Notes: generated by a model not told the origin, from the sequence alone. Counted from the stretch's first letter, positions 9,691 to 19,550 are shown. The stretch: 64,000 nucleotides of DNA from an uncultured Pseudomonadota bacterium (GCA_937983055.1 CALJLA010000068.1:784-64783), one strand, 5' to 3'. Numbers and translations: made by a program.

Positions 9691-12060
9691 ATGAGCAAAT
9701 CTACTATTGAAGTCGCGGGACTGCTGTCCGCGTCAAGCGCGGCCGGCGTCGAAAAGCAATTGATGCGACTGCGCGGCGTACGCAAAGCCGAAGTCAATTA
9801 TGTGGCTGGCAGCGCGACCGTCACCTACGACGAAAACGTCATCGATCTCGCGGCAATCAAGGCACAAATTCATGCCTGCGGGTACCACTGCCGGGGGGAG
9901 ATGGTGCCGAAACACATCTGCGCCCCGGCCAATCCGGCCGACGGGCCAACGGCTGCGGTCGCCGATCATCCGGCAACCCATCATCATGACACGCACGCTG
10001 CGCCCGAAGCACAAGGCGACGAGACGGCGGGCATGGCGCACGAAATGGGCCACGGTGGCGGGATGGACATGCAGGCCATGGTGCGCGATATGCGCAAGCG
10101 CTTCTGGGTCTGTTTGGCGTTCACCGTGCCGATCTTCATTTACTCGCCGATGGGGGGGCTGTTCACACCGCCAGCGCCGCCCTTCGGCCTGGACCTCAAC
10201 CTGTGGCTTTTCTTGTTGGCCAGTATCGCGGTCATCTGGCCAAGCTGGCCATTCTTCGTGGCCGCCTGGCGGGCGCTGAAAAACGGTGTCCTCAACATGG
10301 CGGTGCTGGTGGTGCTGTCGGTCGGTACCGGCTACTTGTTCAGTCTCGGGGCGACGTTTTTTTTCGACGGTGTGCAATTCTTCGAGGCGGTGGCGGTACT
10401 GCTGGTGTTCATCCTGCTCGGGCACTGGTTGGAGATGCGCGCTCGCGCCGGCGCCTCCGATGCGATTCGCTCTCTGATGGATCTCGCGCCGCCCAAGGCC
10501 ACCGTGCTGCGCGATGGCCGGGAACTGGAGATACCGACGGCGGAGGTGGCCAAAGACGACATCGTCGTGATCCGGCCCGGCAACAAGATCCCGGTGGACG
10601 GCGAGGTGCTCGAAGGCGAATCCCAGGTGGATGAGTCCATGCTCACCGGCGAATCCATGCCGGTCGGCAAGAAGCCCGGCGACACGGTGATCGGCGCCAC
10701 GATCAACAAAAGCGGCAGTTTCAAGTACCAGGCGACCAAGGTGGGCGCCGATACCGCCCTGGCACAGATCGTCAAGCTGGTACAGGAAGCACAGAACTCC
10801 AAGGCCCCCGCCCAGTTGCTGGCGGACAAAGCCTCGCAATGGCTGGTGGTGATCGCGATTGTCATTGGTCTGCTGACGTTTGCGGCCTGGTTCTGGTGGC
10901 TCGGTCAGACCTTGCTGTTTGCCGTCACTCTTACGATCACGGTATTCGTCATCGCCTGCCCGGATGCTCTGGGCCTCGCCACACCCATGGCGGTGATGGT
11001 AGGCACGGGCCTTGGTGCGAAGAACGGCATTCTGTTCAAGAATGCTTCCGCCCTCGAAGAGGCCACCAAGCTCGATATCGTCGTTTGCGACAAGACCGGT
11101 ACGTTGACCATGGGTGAACCGCAAGTCGTGGAGGTCGTCGCCGGCGATGCCGGCGAGGATGCCGTTCTTAGCCTCGCCGCCACCGTGGAACAAGGCTCGG
11201 ACCATCCACTGGCCCAGGCCATTCAGCGTCGCGCCGAGGGACTCACGCTCTCGCCGCTGCGTGGCTTTGAGAACATTGAGGGCAAGGGTGCGCGCGCCGA
11301 GGTGGACGGTCAAACCGTGTTCCTCGGTAATCGGCGTTTGATGGACGAGGAGGGTGTTGACCTGGCAAGCCTCGCAGACGAGGCGGCTCGCCTGCAGGGC
11401 GCCGGTCAGACCGTGGTGCACATTGCCCACGGCGGCCGCCTGGTGGGACTGATCGCGATCGCCGATGCGCCACGACCGACGGCGGCAGCGATGGTGGCAA
11501 AAATGCGCGAGCGGGGTGTGGAGGTTGCCATGCTCACCGGCGACAATCAGGCGACCGCCGAGCGTATTGCGGGGGAACTCGGTATACAGACGGTGATAGC
11601 CGACGTGTTACCCGCGCAAAAAGCCGACAAGATCAAGGAACTGCAAGCGCAAGGCAAGAAGGTCGGGATGGTCGGCGACGGCGTCAACGATGCGCCAGCA
11701 TTGACCCAGGCGGAGGTTGGATTCGCGATCGGCGCCGGTACCGACGTTGCCATGGAAAGCGCTGACGTCGTGCTCATGAAAAGCGATCCCTATGACGTGC
11801 TTGGCGCTATCGAACTGTCGCGTGCCACGCTGCGCAAGATGCACCAGAATTTGTTCTGGGCGGTGGCGTACAACGTGATTGCCTTTCCGGCGGCGGCTGG
11901 GGTTTTCTATCCACTGGTGATCAGTCCTGAAGTGGCGGCACTTGCGATGTCGGGCAGCTCGGCGTTGGTGGCAGTGAACGCGTTGCTGCTGAAACGCACG
12001 CGCCTGGAGGGCATCCGAACCGTGCGGTCCGCTACCAGCATAGATCCGCAAAGCGACTGA
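9691..12060 (+). CDS. heavy-metal P1B-type ATPase, CopB-like (His-rich N-terminus, CPD transmembrane motif)
   Basis: [15 protein letters not shown], YNxxxxP and MSGSS motifs. The TM motif reads [12 protein letters not shown]. The N-terminal HMA-like fold has SASS in place of CxxC and is followed by a His/Met-rich stretch. Confidence 0.9.
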   Translation: MSKSTIEVAGLLSASSAAGVEKQLMRLRGVRKAEVNYVAGSATVTYDENVIDLAAIKAQIHACGYHCRGEMVPKHICAPANPADGPTAAVADHPATHHHDTHAAPEAQGDETAGMAHEMGHGGGMDMQAMVRDMRKRFWVCLAFTVPIFIYSPMGGLFTPPAPPFGLDLNLWLFLLASIAVIWPSWPFFVAAWRALKNGVLNMAVLVVLSVGTGYLFSLGATFFFDGVQFFEAVAVLLVFILLGHWLEMRARAGASDAIRSLMDLAPPKATVLRDGRELEIPTAEVAKDDIVVIRPGNKIPVDGEVLEGESQVDESMLTGESMPVGKKPGDTVIGATINKSGSFKYQATKVGADTALAQIVKLVQEAQNSKAPAQLLADKASQWLVVIAIVIGLLTFAAWFWWLGQTLLFAVTLTITVFVIACPDALGLATPMAVMVGTGLGAKNGILFKNASALEEATKLDIVVCDKTGTLTMGEPQVVEVVAGDAGEDAVLSLAATVEQGSDHPLAQAIQRRAEGLTLSPLRGFENIEGKGARAEVDGQTVFLGNRRLMDEEGVDLASLADEAARLQGAGQTVVHIAHGGRLVGLIAIADAPRPTAAAMVAKMRERGVEVAMLTGDNQATAERIAGELGIQTVIADVLPAQKADKIKELQAQGKKVGMVGDGVNDAPALTQAEVGFAIGAGTDVAMESADVVLMKSDPYDVLGAIELSRATLRKMHQNLFWAVAYNVIAFPAAAGVFYPLVISPEVAALAMSGSSALVAVNALLLKRTRLEGIRTVRSATSIDPQSD

Positions 12061-12090
12061 AGATTGCACCGTCAATTCCCTGGTCACCGC

Positions 12091-12122
12091 TTGACGTGTG
12101 TCGGACATACACGTTGTAGAGT
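12091..12122 (+). promoter_or_regulatory. candidate MerR-type promoter (TTGACG-N20-TAGAGT) with ACGTGT/ACACGT dyad
   Basis: TTGACGTGTGTCGGACATACACGTTGTAGAGT lies between the ATPase stop and pgm. It has a long spacer and a dyad ACGTGT-N9-ACACGT. Confidence 0.4.
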
Positions 12123-12281
12123 CCGCGGGTAGACCGAAGAAGCGTACTCGAGGCTGGCCATGACTCCTGTAAGTTCAGTATCTTGCTGCCGCTACTGCGT
12201 TCCATCGCAGGGTGCCACCGAATTAGCGAGTTGCCGCGGCGGCATCGACACGCGCGCCGTCGGTCTGCACGAGATTGATTC

Positions 12282-13997
12282 GTGAGTGGCGTCGCCGAGT
12301 CAGCCACAGACACGAGCGTAGTCGCAGGGAAACCCGCGTCACGCGAGATGCTGATTGACGTATCGAAGCTCGTAGAGGCGTACCACGCCGAGCGGCCCAA
12401 TCCTCGTGTTGCGGCCGAACGAGTCGCGTTCGGGACGTCGGGCCACCGGGGTTCGGCGCTTTCCAGGAGTTTCAACCAGAACCACATTCTCGCCATCAGC
12501 CAGGCCATTTGTGACTACCGACGGACACAGGAGTTCGACGGGCCACTGTTTATTGGCATGGACACCCATGCCCAGTCCGAGCCAGCGTTTGCCACGGCGC
12601 TCGAGGTGCTGGCGGCGAATGGCGTCCAGGCTATGATCGCCGGCGACGAAAAATACACTCCTACGCCCGCCATCTCTCACGCTATCTTGCAGTACAATCG
12701 CACCGGCCCAGCAGGTCTGGCCGACGGCATCGTCATTACCCCATCACACAACCCGCCCGACAGCGGCGGCTTCAAGTACAACCCACCGACCGGCGGACCG
12801 GCGAACACGTCAGTGACGGACTGGATCGAAGCCAGGGCCAACGAGCTGTTGCAACAGGACCTGGTCGGCGTGCAGCGGATGCCGATCGAAAAGGCGCTGC
12901 GTGTCAGCACAACCCATCGCTACGATTACCTCAATACCTATGTCAACGACCTCGATCAGGTCGTTGACATGGCAACAATCCGCGCCGCCGGGATCCGCAT
13001 CGGGGTCGACCCCCTGGGCGGCGCCGGGGTCAACTACTGGCCGGCAATTGCGGAGCGATATGGCCTGGATCTGGACGTCGTCAATGCGGTCGTGGACCCG
13101 ACCTTTAGTTTCATGACGCTGGATTGGGATGGGCAGATCCGTATGGACCCGTCGTCAGAGTACGCGATGCAACGGCTAATCGCGTTCAAGGACCACTACG
13201 ACGTTGCGCTCGGCTGCGATCCTGACCATGACCGGCACGGCATCGTCGTGCCGGATGAGGGTTTGATGCCGGCAAATCACTATCTGGCGGTTGCCATCGC
13301 CTATCTTTACCGTCACCGGCCGGGCTGGCGCTTCCCCGCAGCCGTGGGCAAAACCATCGTCAGCAGCCAGATGATTGACCGGGTGGCCGAGAGTGTCGAG
13401 CGGCGCGTCTATGAAGTGCCGGTCGGCTTCAAGTGGTTCGTGGCAGGCCTCAAGGATGGATCGCTGGGGTTTGCCGGCGAAGAGAGTGCCGGGGCGTCAT
13501 TCGCGCGACGTGACGGACACGTCTGGACCACGGACAAAGATGGCCTGGTGCCGGCGCTGCTCGCCGCCGAGATGACTGCGCGAAGGGGTCGAAACCCTGG
13601 CGAAGCCTATCGCGAACTGGTGCAGGCGTTCGGTGCTTGCGCCTACACCCGCATTGAAGCCCCGGCTACGGCCGCGGAGAAATCGATCATCGCCAACCTC
13701 ACAGCGGAACAGGTTCAAGCGACCGAGCTCGCCGGCACAGCTGTCGACGGCGTCCTGACCCGTGCGCCGGCCAACAACGCATCCATCGGCGGCTTGAAGG
13801 TTACGACGGCACAGGGCTGGTTTGCTGCGCGTCCGTCCGGCACAGAAGCCCTGTACAAAATCTACGCCGAGAGTTTTCGCAACACGGATCACCTGCAACG
13901 TATCGTCAACGAAGCACAACATCTGATTGGCGAAGTACTCGCAGCCGCCGCAGGGTCCGGCCCGTCGGCTGCGACATCGGCAAGGAAGGCCCCGTGA
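12282..13997 (+). CDS. pgm: phosphoglucomutase (alpha-D-glucose phosphate-specific)
   Basis: FGTSGHRGSA and TPSHNPPDSGGFKYN motifs. By recall it is collinear with E. coli Pgm along its whole length. Confidence 0.9.
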   Translation: MSGVAESATDTSVVAGKPASREMLIDVSKLVEAYHAERPNPRVAAERVAFGTSGHRGSALSRSFNQNHILAISQAICDYRRTQEFDGPLFIGMDTHAQSEPAFATALEVLAANGVQAMIAGDEKYTPTPAISHAILQYNRTGPAGLADGIVITPSHNPPDSGGFKYNPPTGGPANTSVTDWIEARANELLQQDLVGVQRMPIEKALRVSTTHRYDYLNTYVNDLDQVVDMATIRAAGIRIGVDPLGGAGVNYWPAIAERYGLDLDVVNAVVDPTFSFMTLDWDGQIRMDPSSEYAMQRLIAFKDHYDVALGCDPDHDRHGIVVPDEGLMPANHYLAVAIAYLYRHRPGWRFPAAVGKTIVSSQMIDRVAESVERRVYEVPVGFKWFVAGLKDGSLGFAGEESAGASFARRDGHVWTTDKDGLVPALLAAEMTARRGRNPGEAYRELVQAFGACAYTRIEAPATAAEKSIIANLTAEQVQATELAGTAVDGVLTRAPANNASIGGLKVTTAQGWFAARPSGTEALYKIYAESFRNTDHLQRIVNEAQHLIGEVLAAAAGSGPSAATSARKAP

Positions 13998-16540
13998 GCG
14001 AGCAAATTATTGCTGACGATCTGGCTTACAGTCTGTTGCCCTTCGGCATCGAGGGTGTGGATGCGCTGGTTGAGTTGGCCCTGGATTTACGGTCCTCGTG
14101 GCATCACGGCACCGATACGCTGTGGCAGCAGCTCGATCCTGAGCTTTGGCAAGCCACCCAGAATCCCTGGGTCGTGCTGCAGACAGTCTCGCGGGAGCGG
14201 CTGGAACGCTGTCTGGCCGACGATGCTTTTCGTAAACACGTCGATAAGCTGGTCCGGAGCAGACGGGATGCGGCACGCGCCCCCGCGTGGTTCCAACAAC
14301 ACCATGCGCAAGCCCCGTTGAACGCCGCTGCCTATTTCAGCATGGAGTTCATGTTGAGCGAGGCGCTCCCCATCTACTCGGGCGGGCTCGGCAACGTGGC
14401 GGGCGATCAGCTGAAAGCGGCGAACGATCTCGGCGTGCCCGTGATTGGCGTGGGCTTGCTATACCAACAAGGCTATTTTCGCCAACTGATAGGCCCGGAC
14501 GGCATCCAACAGGCGGCGTATCCCTACAACGATCCCGGACAGCTGCCTGTGACGCCGTTGCGCCATGCCAACGGTGAGTGGCTGCGACTGAAGCTGGACC
14601 TGCCGGGTCATTCGATCTGGCTGCGTGCCTGGCAAGCCCGGGTCGGTCGTTTGAAACTGTATTTGTTGGACACCAACGATGCGGCCAATCATCCGCCCTA
14701 TCGCGGCATTACCAGCGAACTGTATGGCGGGGGATCGGAATTGCGCCTGATGCAGGAAATGGTGCTGGGCATCGGCGGTTGGCGTTTGCTGTCGACGCTC
14801 GGTGTCCAACCCGACGTCTGCCACCTCAATGAAGGGCACGCGGCACTGGTGGTGCTCGAACGCGCGCGCCAGTTCATGCTTGACACCGGTGCGAGCTTCG
14901 CTGTGGCGCTCGCCGCAACGCGCGCCGGTAACCTGTTCACCACGCACACGGCGGTGCCCGCTGGCTTCGACCGCTTCACCTCGGCGCAGATGGAGCACTG
15001 CCTGGGCACCTACGCCGAGACGCAGCTCGGTATTGCTCGCGATGAGTTGTTGGCTCTGGGCCGTCAGCGTCCCGATGACGTTACCGAGCCGTTCAATATG
15101 GCCTATCTCGCGATTCGCGGTTGCGGCGCGGTCAACGGGGTAAGCTGGCTGCACGGCCGGGTCAGCCGTCGCTTGTTCGCTGCCTTGTTTCCGCGCTGGG
15201 CCGAGCCGGAAGTGCCGATCGGACACATCACCAATGGTGTGCACACACCGACCTGGGATTCCGCGCAGGCGGACGCCTTGTGGACCGAGGCCTGCGGCCA
15301 GGAACGCTGGCTGGGCACCACCGAAGCGCTGGGGCGCGACATCTGCTGTGTCTCGGATGCGGAGCTTTGGCAGTTCCGCAGCGCCGCCAGCGCAGCGCTG
15401 GTTGATTACGTTCGCGAGCGTCTGTCGCAACAACGGGCTGCCGCCGGCCCGACACCGAATGCGATCGAGAGCGGCGCGCAGCCGCTCGATCCGGGGACGC
15501 TCACCATCGGCTTCGCGCGCCGTTTTGCGACCTACAAGCGACCGGACCTGCTGCTGCACGATCCGGCGCGATTGTTGAAGTTGCTCACGGACCCCGAGTG
15601 CCCGGTGCAACTGGTCATTGCCGGCAAGGCGCATCCGGCAGACGCCGCCGGGCAGGCGCTGATCCGGCGCTGGATCGAATTCGCACAGTGGCCCGACGCG
15701 AAGGATCGCGTGGTCTTTCTCAGCGACTACGACATGCACATGGCTGAGCATCTGGTGCAGGGCGTTGACGTCTGGCTCAACACGCCGCGACGGCCGTGGG
15801 AAGCCAGCGGCACGAGCGGCATGAAGGTGTTGGTGAACGGTGGGCTCAATATCTCCGAACTGGATGGCTGGTGGGCGGAAGCCTACACGCCGGAGGTGGG
15901 CTGGGCGCTGGGCGACGGTCAGGAACACGGTGACGATCCGGCCTGGGATGCGACTGAGGCCGAAGCGCTTTATGACCTTCTGGAACACAAGGTCGCTCCA
16001 GAATTCTACCAGCGAGACGAGCACGGCATCCCGCGCGCCTGGGTGGCGCGCATGCGCAACAGCATGGCGGAGTTGACGCCGCGGTTTTCCACCAATCGCA
16101 CGGTACGCGAATACACCGAACGCTATTACCTACCGGCTGCCGCCGCGTACCGCGCCCGCGCGGCGAATTCGGGGCAGTTGGCGGAGAGCATCGTGAACTG
16201 GCGTCGCCGGCTGGACGATCACTGGCCGACCCTGCAATTCGGCGAACTCACCGTTGCAACGAGCCACGAGCAGCACGACTTTTCGATTGAGCTCGATCTG
16301 GGCGAGTTGGGTGCGGACGATATCACGGTCGAACTTTACGCCGAGCCGCAGGAGGACCAGGCACCGGTGCGTGTACCCATGACACCCGGTGAGACGTCGA
16401 ACGGTACCGACAAGCGTTGGCTGTACGCCGCCTCGGTACCCGCCGAACGACCACCCGAGCACTACACAGCACGAGTGGTGCCGCGGTATCCCGACGTGGC
16501 GGTGCCGCTGGAAGCGCTGCCTATCCTTTGGCAGCGATGA
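13994..16540 (+). CDS. glgP: alpha-glucan (glycogen/maltodextrin) phosphorylase, GT35
   Basis: 848-aa ORF with GGLGNVAGDQLKA and EASGTSGMK (PLP-lysine region). The GTG start overlaps the pgm stop (GTGA). Confidence 0.9.
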   Translation: MSEQIIADDLAYSLLPFGIEGVDALVELALDLRSSWHHGTDTLWQQLDPELWQATQNPWVVLQTVSRERLERCLADDAFRKHVDKLVRSRRDAARAPAWFQQHHAQAPLNAAAYFSMEFMLSEALPIYSGGLGNVAGDQLKAANDLGVPVIGVGLLYQQGYFRQLIGPDGIQQAAYPYNDPGQLPVTPLRHANGEWLRLKLDLPGHSIWLRAWQARVGRLKLYLLDTNDAANHPPYRGITSELYGGGSELRLMQEMVLGIGGWRLLSTLGVQPDVCHLNEGHAALVVLERARQFMLDTGASFAVALAATRAGNLFTTHTAVPAGFDRFTSAQMEHCLGTYAETQLGIARDELLALGRQRPDDVTEPFNMAYLAIRGCGAVNGVSWLHGRVSRRLFAALFPRWAEPEVPIGHITNGVHTPTWDSAQADALWTEACGQERWLGTTEALGRDICCVSDAELWQFRSAASAALVDYVRERLSQQRAAAGPTPNAIESGAQPLDPGTLTIGFARRFATYKRPDLLLHDPARLLKLLTDPECPVQLVIAGKAHPADAAGQALIRRWIEFAQWPDAKDRVVFLSDYDMHMAEHLVQGVDVWLNTPRRPWEASGTSGMKVLVNGGLNISELDGWWAEAYTPEVGWALGDGQEHGDDPAWDATEAEALYDLLEHKVAPEFYQRDEHGIPRAWVARMRNSMAELTPRFSTNRTVREYTERYYLPAAAAYRARAANSGQLAESIVNWRRRLDDHWPTLQFGELTVATSHEQHDFSIELDLGELGADDITVELYAEPQEDQAPVRVPMTPGETSNGTDKRWLYAASVPAERPPEHYTARVVPRYPDVAVPLEALPILWQR

Positions 16541-16574
16541 GCGCGGCAGGACAGACAAGAAGGGGCTACTGACA

Positions 16575-17252
16575 ATGCAAGACTACATCGCCCATTCGGG
16601 TACCTGGGCCTTGGCGCTGATCATGATCGTAATCGCCTCCTGGCTGCTGTATCGCTTCCTGGCGCCGAAGAGCTGGCGGGAGTGGGCAAGCGCCGGTCTG
16701 GTGCAGGCCTTCATCATCGCCCTGTACGCGGAAATGTACGGCTTCCCGCTGACGATTTATCTGCTGGTCCGCTTCTTTGGCATGGACAGAATCAATCTGA
16801 ACGCCAATTTGTGGTCGACATTACTCGGTATGGGTGAGACCGGCATGATGATCGCGATGCTGCTGGGCTACGGCCTGCTGTTTATCGGCATCGGCCTGTT
16901 TATCCAGGGGTGGCGCGAGCTCTACCGCGCACGCAAGGAAAACCGGCTCGCAACGGATGGCCTGTACGGCCTAGTGCGCCATCCACAGTACTCGGGACTG
17001 TTTCTCGCATTATTCGGCGAGGGGGTCGTGCATTGGCCGACCGTGTTTTCCATTACCGTGTTTCCGTTGATCGTCGTGGCTTACGTGCTGCTCGCACGAC
17101 GCGAGGAGAAAAAAGTGATCGCCGAGTTCGGCGATGCGTACCGCGCCTATCGGCGCCAGGTACCGATGTTCTTTCCGCGTGCGGGCCAGTGGAAGCAACT
17201 CATTGCGCGCTCCAATATTTCAGAGCCAGGACGCCATGACCGTCCAGGATGA
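16575..17252 (+). CDS. isoprenylcysteine carboxyl methyltransferase (ICMT)-family membrane methyltransferase (CzcN-like)
   Basis: LATDGLYGLVRHPQYSGLFLALFG motif and a polytopic profile. The start was set at the ATG at 16575 (MQDYIAH). Confidence 0.7.
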   Translation: MQDYIAHSGTWALALIMIVIASWLLYRFLAPKSWREWASAGLVQAFIIALYAEMYGFPLTIYLLVRFFGMDRINLNANLWSTLLGMGETGMMIAMLLGYGLLFIGIGLFIQGWRELYRARKENRLATDGLYGLVRHPQYSGLFLALFGEGVVHWPTVFSITVFPLIVVAYVLLARREEKKVIAEFGDAYRAYRRQVPMFFPRAGQWKQLIARSNISEPGRHDRPG

Positions 17253-17296
17253 GGCTTGTCGACGGTGTCGGTGACCACGGCAGGCTAACGTCGCGC

Positions 17297-17328
17297 TTGA
17301 CTTGAGTCCGGCATACAGGTCCTAAAGT
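17297..17328 (+). promoter_or_regulatory. MerR-type promoter (TTGACT-N20-TAAAGT)
   Basis: TTGACTTGAGTCCGGCATACAGGTCCTAAAGT with dyad GACTTG-N11-CAGGTC, located 55 bp upstream of the HMA gene. Confidence 0.5.
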
Positions 17329-17382
17329 TACCAAGAATCGCACGGCTTGCGCGCAACCTTTCCGGCAACCAGGAGTCTCACG

Positions 17383-17634
17383 ATGCAAACCGAACGCTTG
17401 TCCATTCGCGGCATGACGTGCAGTGGCTGCGTGAATACGGTGACCCGCGCTCTGCGCACGATTGATGGCGTCCACGATACCGATGTCTCGCTCGAATCGG
17501 GCACGGCGGTCGTACAGTTCGACCCGGCGTCGATTTCGATCGAGGACCTGGGCCTCGCCGTGCGGCACGCGGGCTACGACACCACAGGCGAGCCCGGTCC
17601 GCCGCAATCCGACCGTCGTTGTTGCTGCGGATAG
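17383..17634 (+). CDS. heavy-metal-associated (HMA) domain protein with a C-terminal CCCG tail
   Basis: IRGMTCSGCVNTVTRAL HMA motif. The C-terminus ends in RRCCCG. Confidence 0.8.
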   Translation: MQTERLSIRGMTCSGCVNTVTRALRTIDGVHDTDVSLESGTAVVQFDPASISIEDLGLAVRHAGYDTTGEPGPPQSDRRCCCG

Positions 17635-17689
17635 CGCTAATCGATCATCCTCTGTTGCGGTCGGCGCCGCGCTGCGAGCCGCATCACTA

Positions 17690-18154
17690 TCACGAGTCTC
17701 GATGATCCAGAGGATGGCGCTGCGTTTCCAGTGGCCAGTAACGACGCATCGCGAGGAACGTGAACGACGTTGACCAGCCGATGAGCACCAGGCCGTTCAA
17801 TGCCTCAATGCCGCTGATCACGCGCAGATGTCCATCCGGAAATACATCGCCGAGACCCAGCGATGTATACATGACCGTGGAGTAATACAGGTAGTCCATG
17901 AAGCCTTCGGCCGGTTGACCGAGAATTGTTCCCACCGCAAAGCCGCGTTCCAGGACAAAAAAGGCCCCGGCGTACAGGCTGACCTCAAGCATGTGGGCTG
18001 AGAAGGCACCGATCACCACGACCAGCACCCGCGATTGTCCGGCCGGCCTGCACCGCGGCAACAATGCCGAGGTACGACGCAAGACCTCAAAGTGAATCAG
18101 CATGGTGGCGAGCACCAGCAGAAAACTCAAGCTCATGGCGATCAGCATCAACAC
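17690..18154 (-). CDS. two-TM ion channel family protein (K+-channel-like pore)
   Basis: 154-aa ORF whose pore-loop-like YSTVMYTSLGLGD resembles the TxGYGD filter region. Confidence 0.55.
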   Translation of the reverse strand: MLMLIAMSLSFLLVLATMLIHFEVLRRTSALLPRCRPAGQSRVLVVVIGAFSAHMLEVSLYAGAFFVLERGFAVGTILGQPAEGFMDYLYYSTVMYTSLGLGDVFPDGHLRVISGIEALNGLVLIGWSTSFTFLAMRRYWPLETQRHPLDHRDS

Positions 18155-18200
18155 ATCTCCTGGCTAACAATGACGGGGAAGCTCCCCCGAGGTCCTGCGC

Positions 18201-18232
18201 TTGACTTGTTAGTTACGTGCAGGTTTTACGCT
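18201..18232 (+). promoter_or_regulatory. MerR-type promoter (TTGACT-N20-TACGCT)
   Basis: TTGACTTGTTAGTTACGTGCAGGTTTTACGCT with dyad GACTTG-N11-CAGGTT, in the divergent gap between the channel gene and cfa. Confidence 0.45.
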
Positions 18233-18317
18233 TGCAATGCAACGACGCGGCCAGGGGTCGCACTGATTTCGATTGTCAAGGATACATGGGCGAGATTATG
18301 AGCGTAGGAGCAGCATC

Positions 18318-19550
18318 ATGAGCACCTCAACCACACACCTCACGCACGCGTTGGAAAAAGCACCACGGGGACGGCTACAGGCGCTGCTGGCTGATTGCGG
18401 CGTGACCGTGAACGGCACCCGCGCGTTCGATATTCAGGTTCACGAGCCGCAAGCCATGCAGCGTATGCTTCGCCATGGATCGCTTGGGCTGGGTGAGTCG
18501 TACATGGACGGCCAGTGGGACTGCGAGCGTATTGATCAACTGGTCGAACGCCTGCTCCGCGGCGCCCTGAATCAACGCTTTGCGAATACGCGCGCCTCTC
18601 GCTGGCTGACCTGGGTGTCGCGTGTGCAAAACCTGCAGACACGCGCGCGGGCGCGAATCGTCGGTGAACAGCATTACGATGTGGGCAATGCATTATTCGA
18701 GTCGATGCTGGACCCGTACATGAACTACTCCTGTGCGTACTGGGAACGGGCCGAGTCGCTGGAGCAGGCGCAACTCGACAAAATGGAGCTCATTTGTCGA
18801 AAACTCGAGTTAGAGCCGGGCATGACGCTGCTCGACATTGGTTGTGGCTGGGGCGGCCTGGCCCGGTATGCCGCCGAGCAGTACGGTGTGAGCGTGGTCG
18901 GTCTTACTATCTCAAAACAGCAACACGCATGGGCGGTATCGCGTCTGCAGGATCTACCGGTCGAGATTCGCTGCCAGGACTACCGGGATGTGCGCGGCCG
19001 ATTCGACCGCGTGGTATCGGTCGGCATGTTTGAACACGTTGGCTACAAGAACTACGACACGTTCTTTCGCAAGTGCCGTAGCGTGTTGCGGGACGATGGG
19101 CTCATGCTGTTGCACACGATCGGCAGCAATACATCGGTGCATTCGACGGATCCGTGGCTGCACCGGTACATATTTCCCTATGGCATGCTGCCGTCTATCG
19201 CGCAGATTGGCCAGGCTATCGAACCCTGCTTTGTGATGGAGGACTGGCACAATTTCGGGACCGACTACGATCGGACCTTGATGGTGTGGCATGAACGCGT
19301 CAATAGAGCCTGGAATGGGCTTGGCGACCGCTACGACGATCGATTTCGACGCATGTGGAATTTCTACCTGCTCGCCTGTGCGGGCGCATTCCGCGCGCGC
19401 AACGTGCAATTGTGGCAAATCGTACTCGGCAAGGGCGATCGCGCGCGCAGCTACCGACGGCCCGCACTGTCGGCTTCTGCGGTCGACCAGGCGGTTGCGC
19501 GCCGCGGCGCCACGGCGCATGACGAATCCCGGAATGCTCTCAGAGATTGA
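18318..19550 (+). CDS. cfa: cyclopropane-fatty-acyl-phospholipid synthase
   Basis: LGLGESYMDGQWDC N-terminal region and LLDIGCGWGGLA SAM motif. AGGAG RBS upstream. Confidence 0.85.
   Translation: MSTSTTHLTHALEKAPRGRLQALLADCGVTVNGTRAFDIQVHEPQAMQRMLRHGSLGLGESYMDGQWDCERIDQLVERLLRGALNQRFANTRASRWLTWVSRVQNLQTRARARIVGEQHYDVGNALFESMLDPYMNYSCAYWERAESLEQAQLDKMELICRKLELEPGMTLLDIGCGWGGLARYAAEQYGVSVVGLTISKQQHAWAVSRLQDLPVEIRCQDYRDVRGRFDRVVSVGMFEHVGYKNYDTFFRKCRSVLRDDGLMLLHTIGSNTSVHSTDPWLHRYIFPYGMLPSIAQIGQAIEPCFVMEDWHNFGTDYDRTLMVWHERVNRAWNGLGDRYDDRFRRMWNFYLLACAGAFRARNVQLWQIVLGKGDRARSYRRPALSASAVDQAVARRGATAHDESRNALRD

Noticed and set aside
9733-11430. Long antisense ORFs opposite real genes, including 565 aa opposite the ATPase, 521 aa at 14459-16024 opposite glgP, 468 aa at 44404-45810, 401 aa at 54374-55579 and 309 aa at 41776-42705.
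   Set aside because: These are typical high-GC shadow frames. They are Arg/His/Gly/Pro-rich low-complexity translations with no recognisable motifs, and each fully overlaps a gene with strong family signatures on the other strand.
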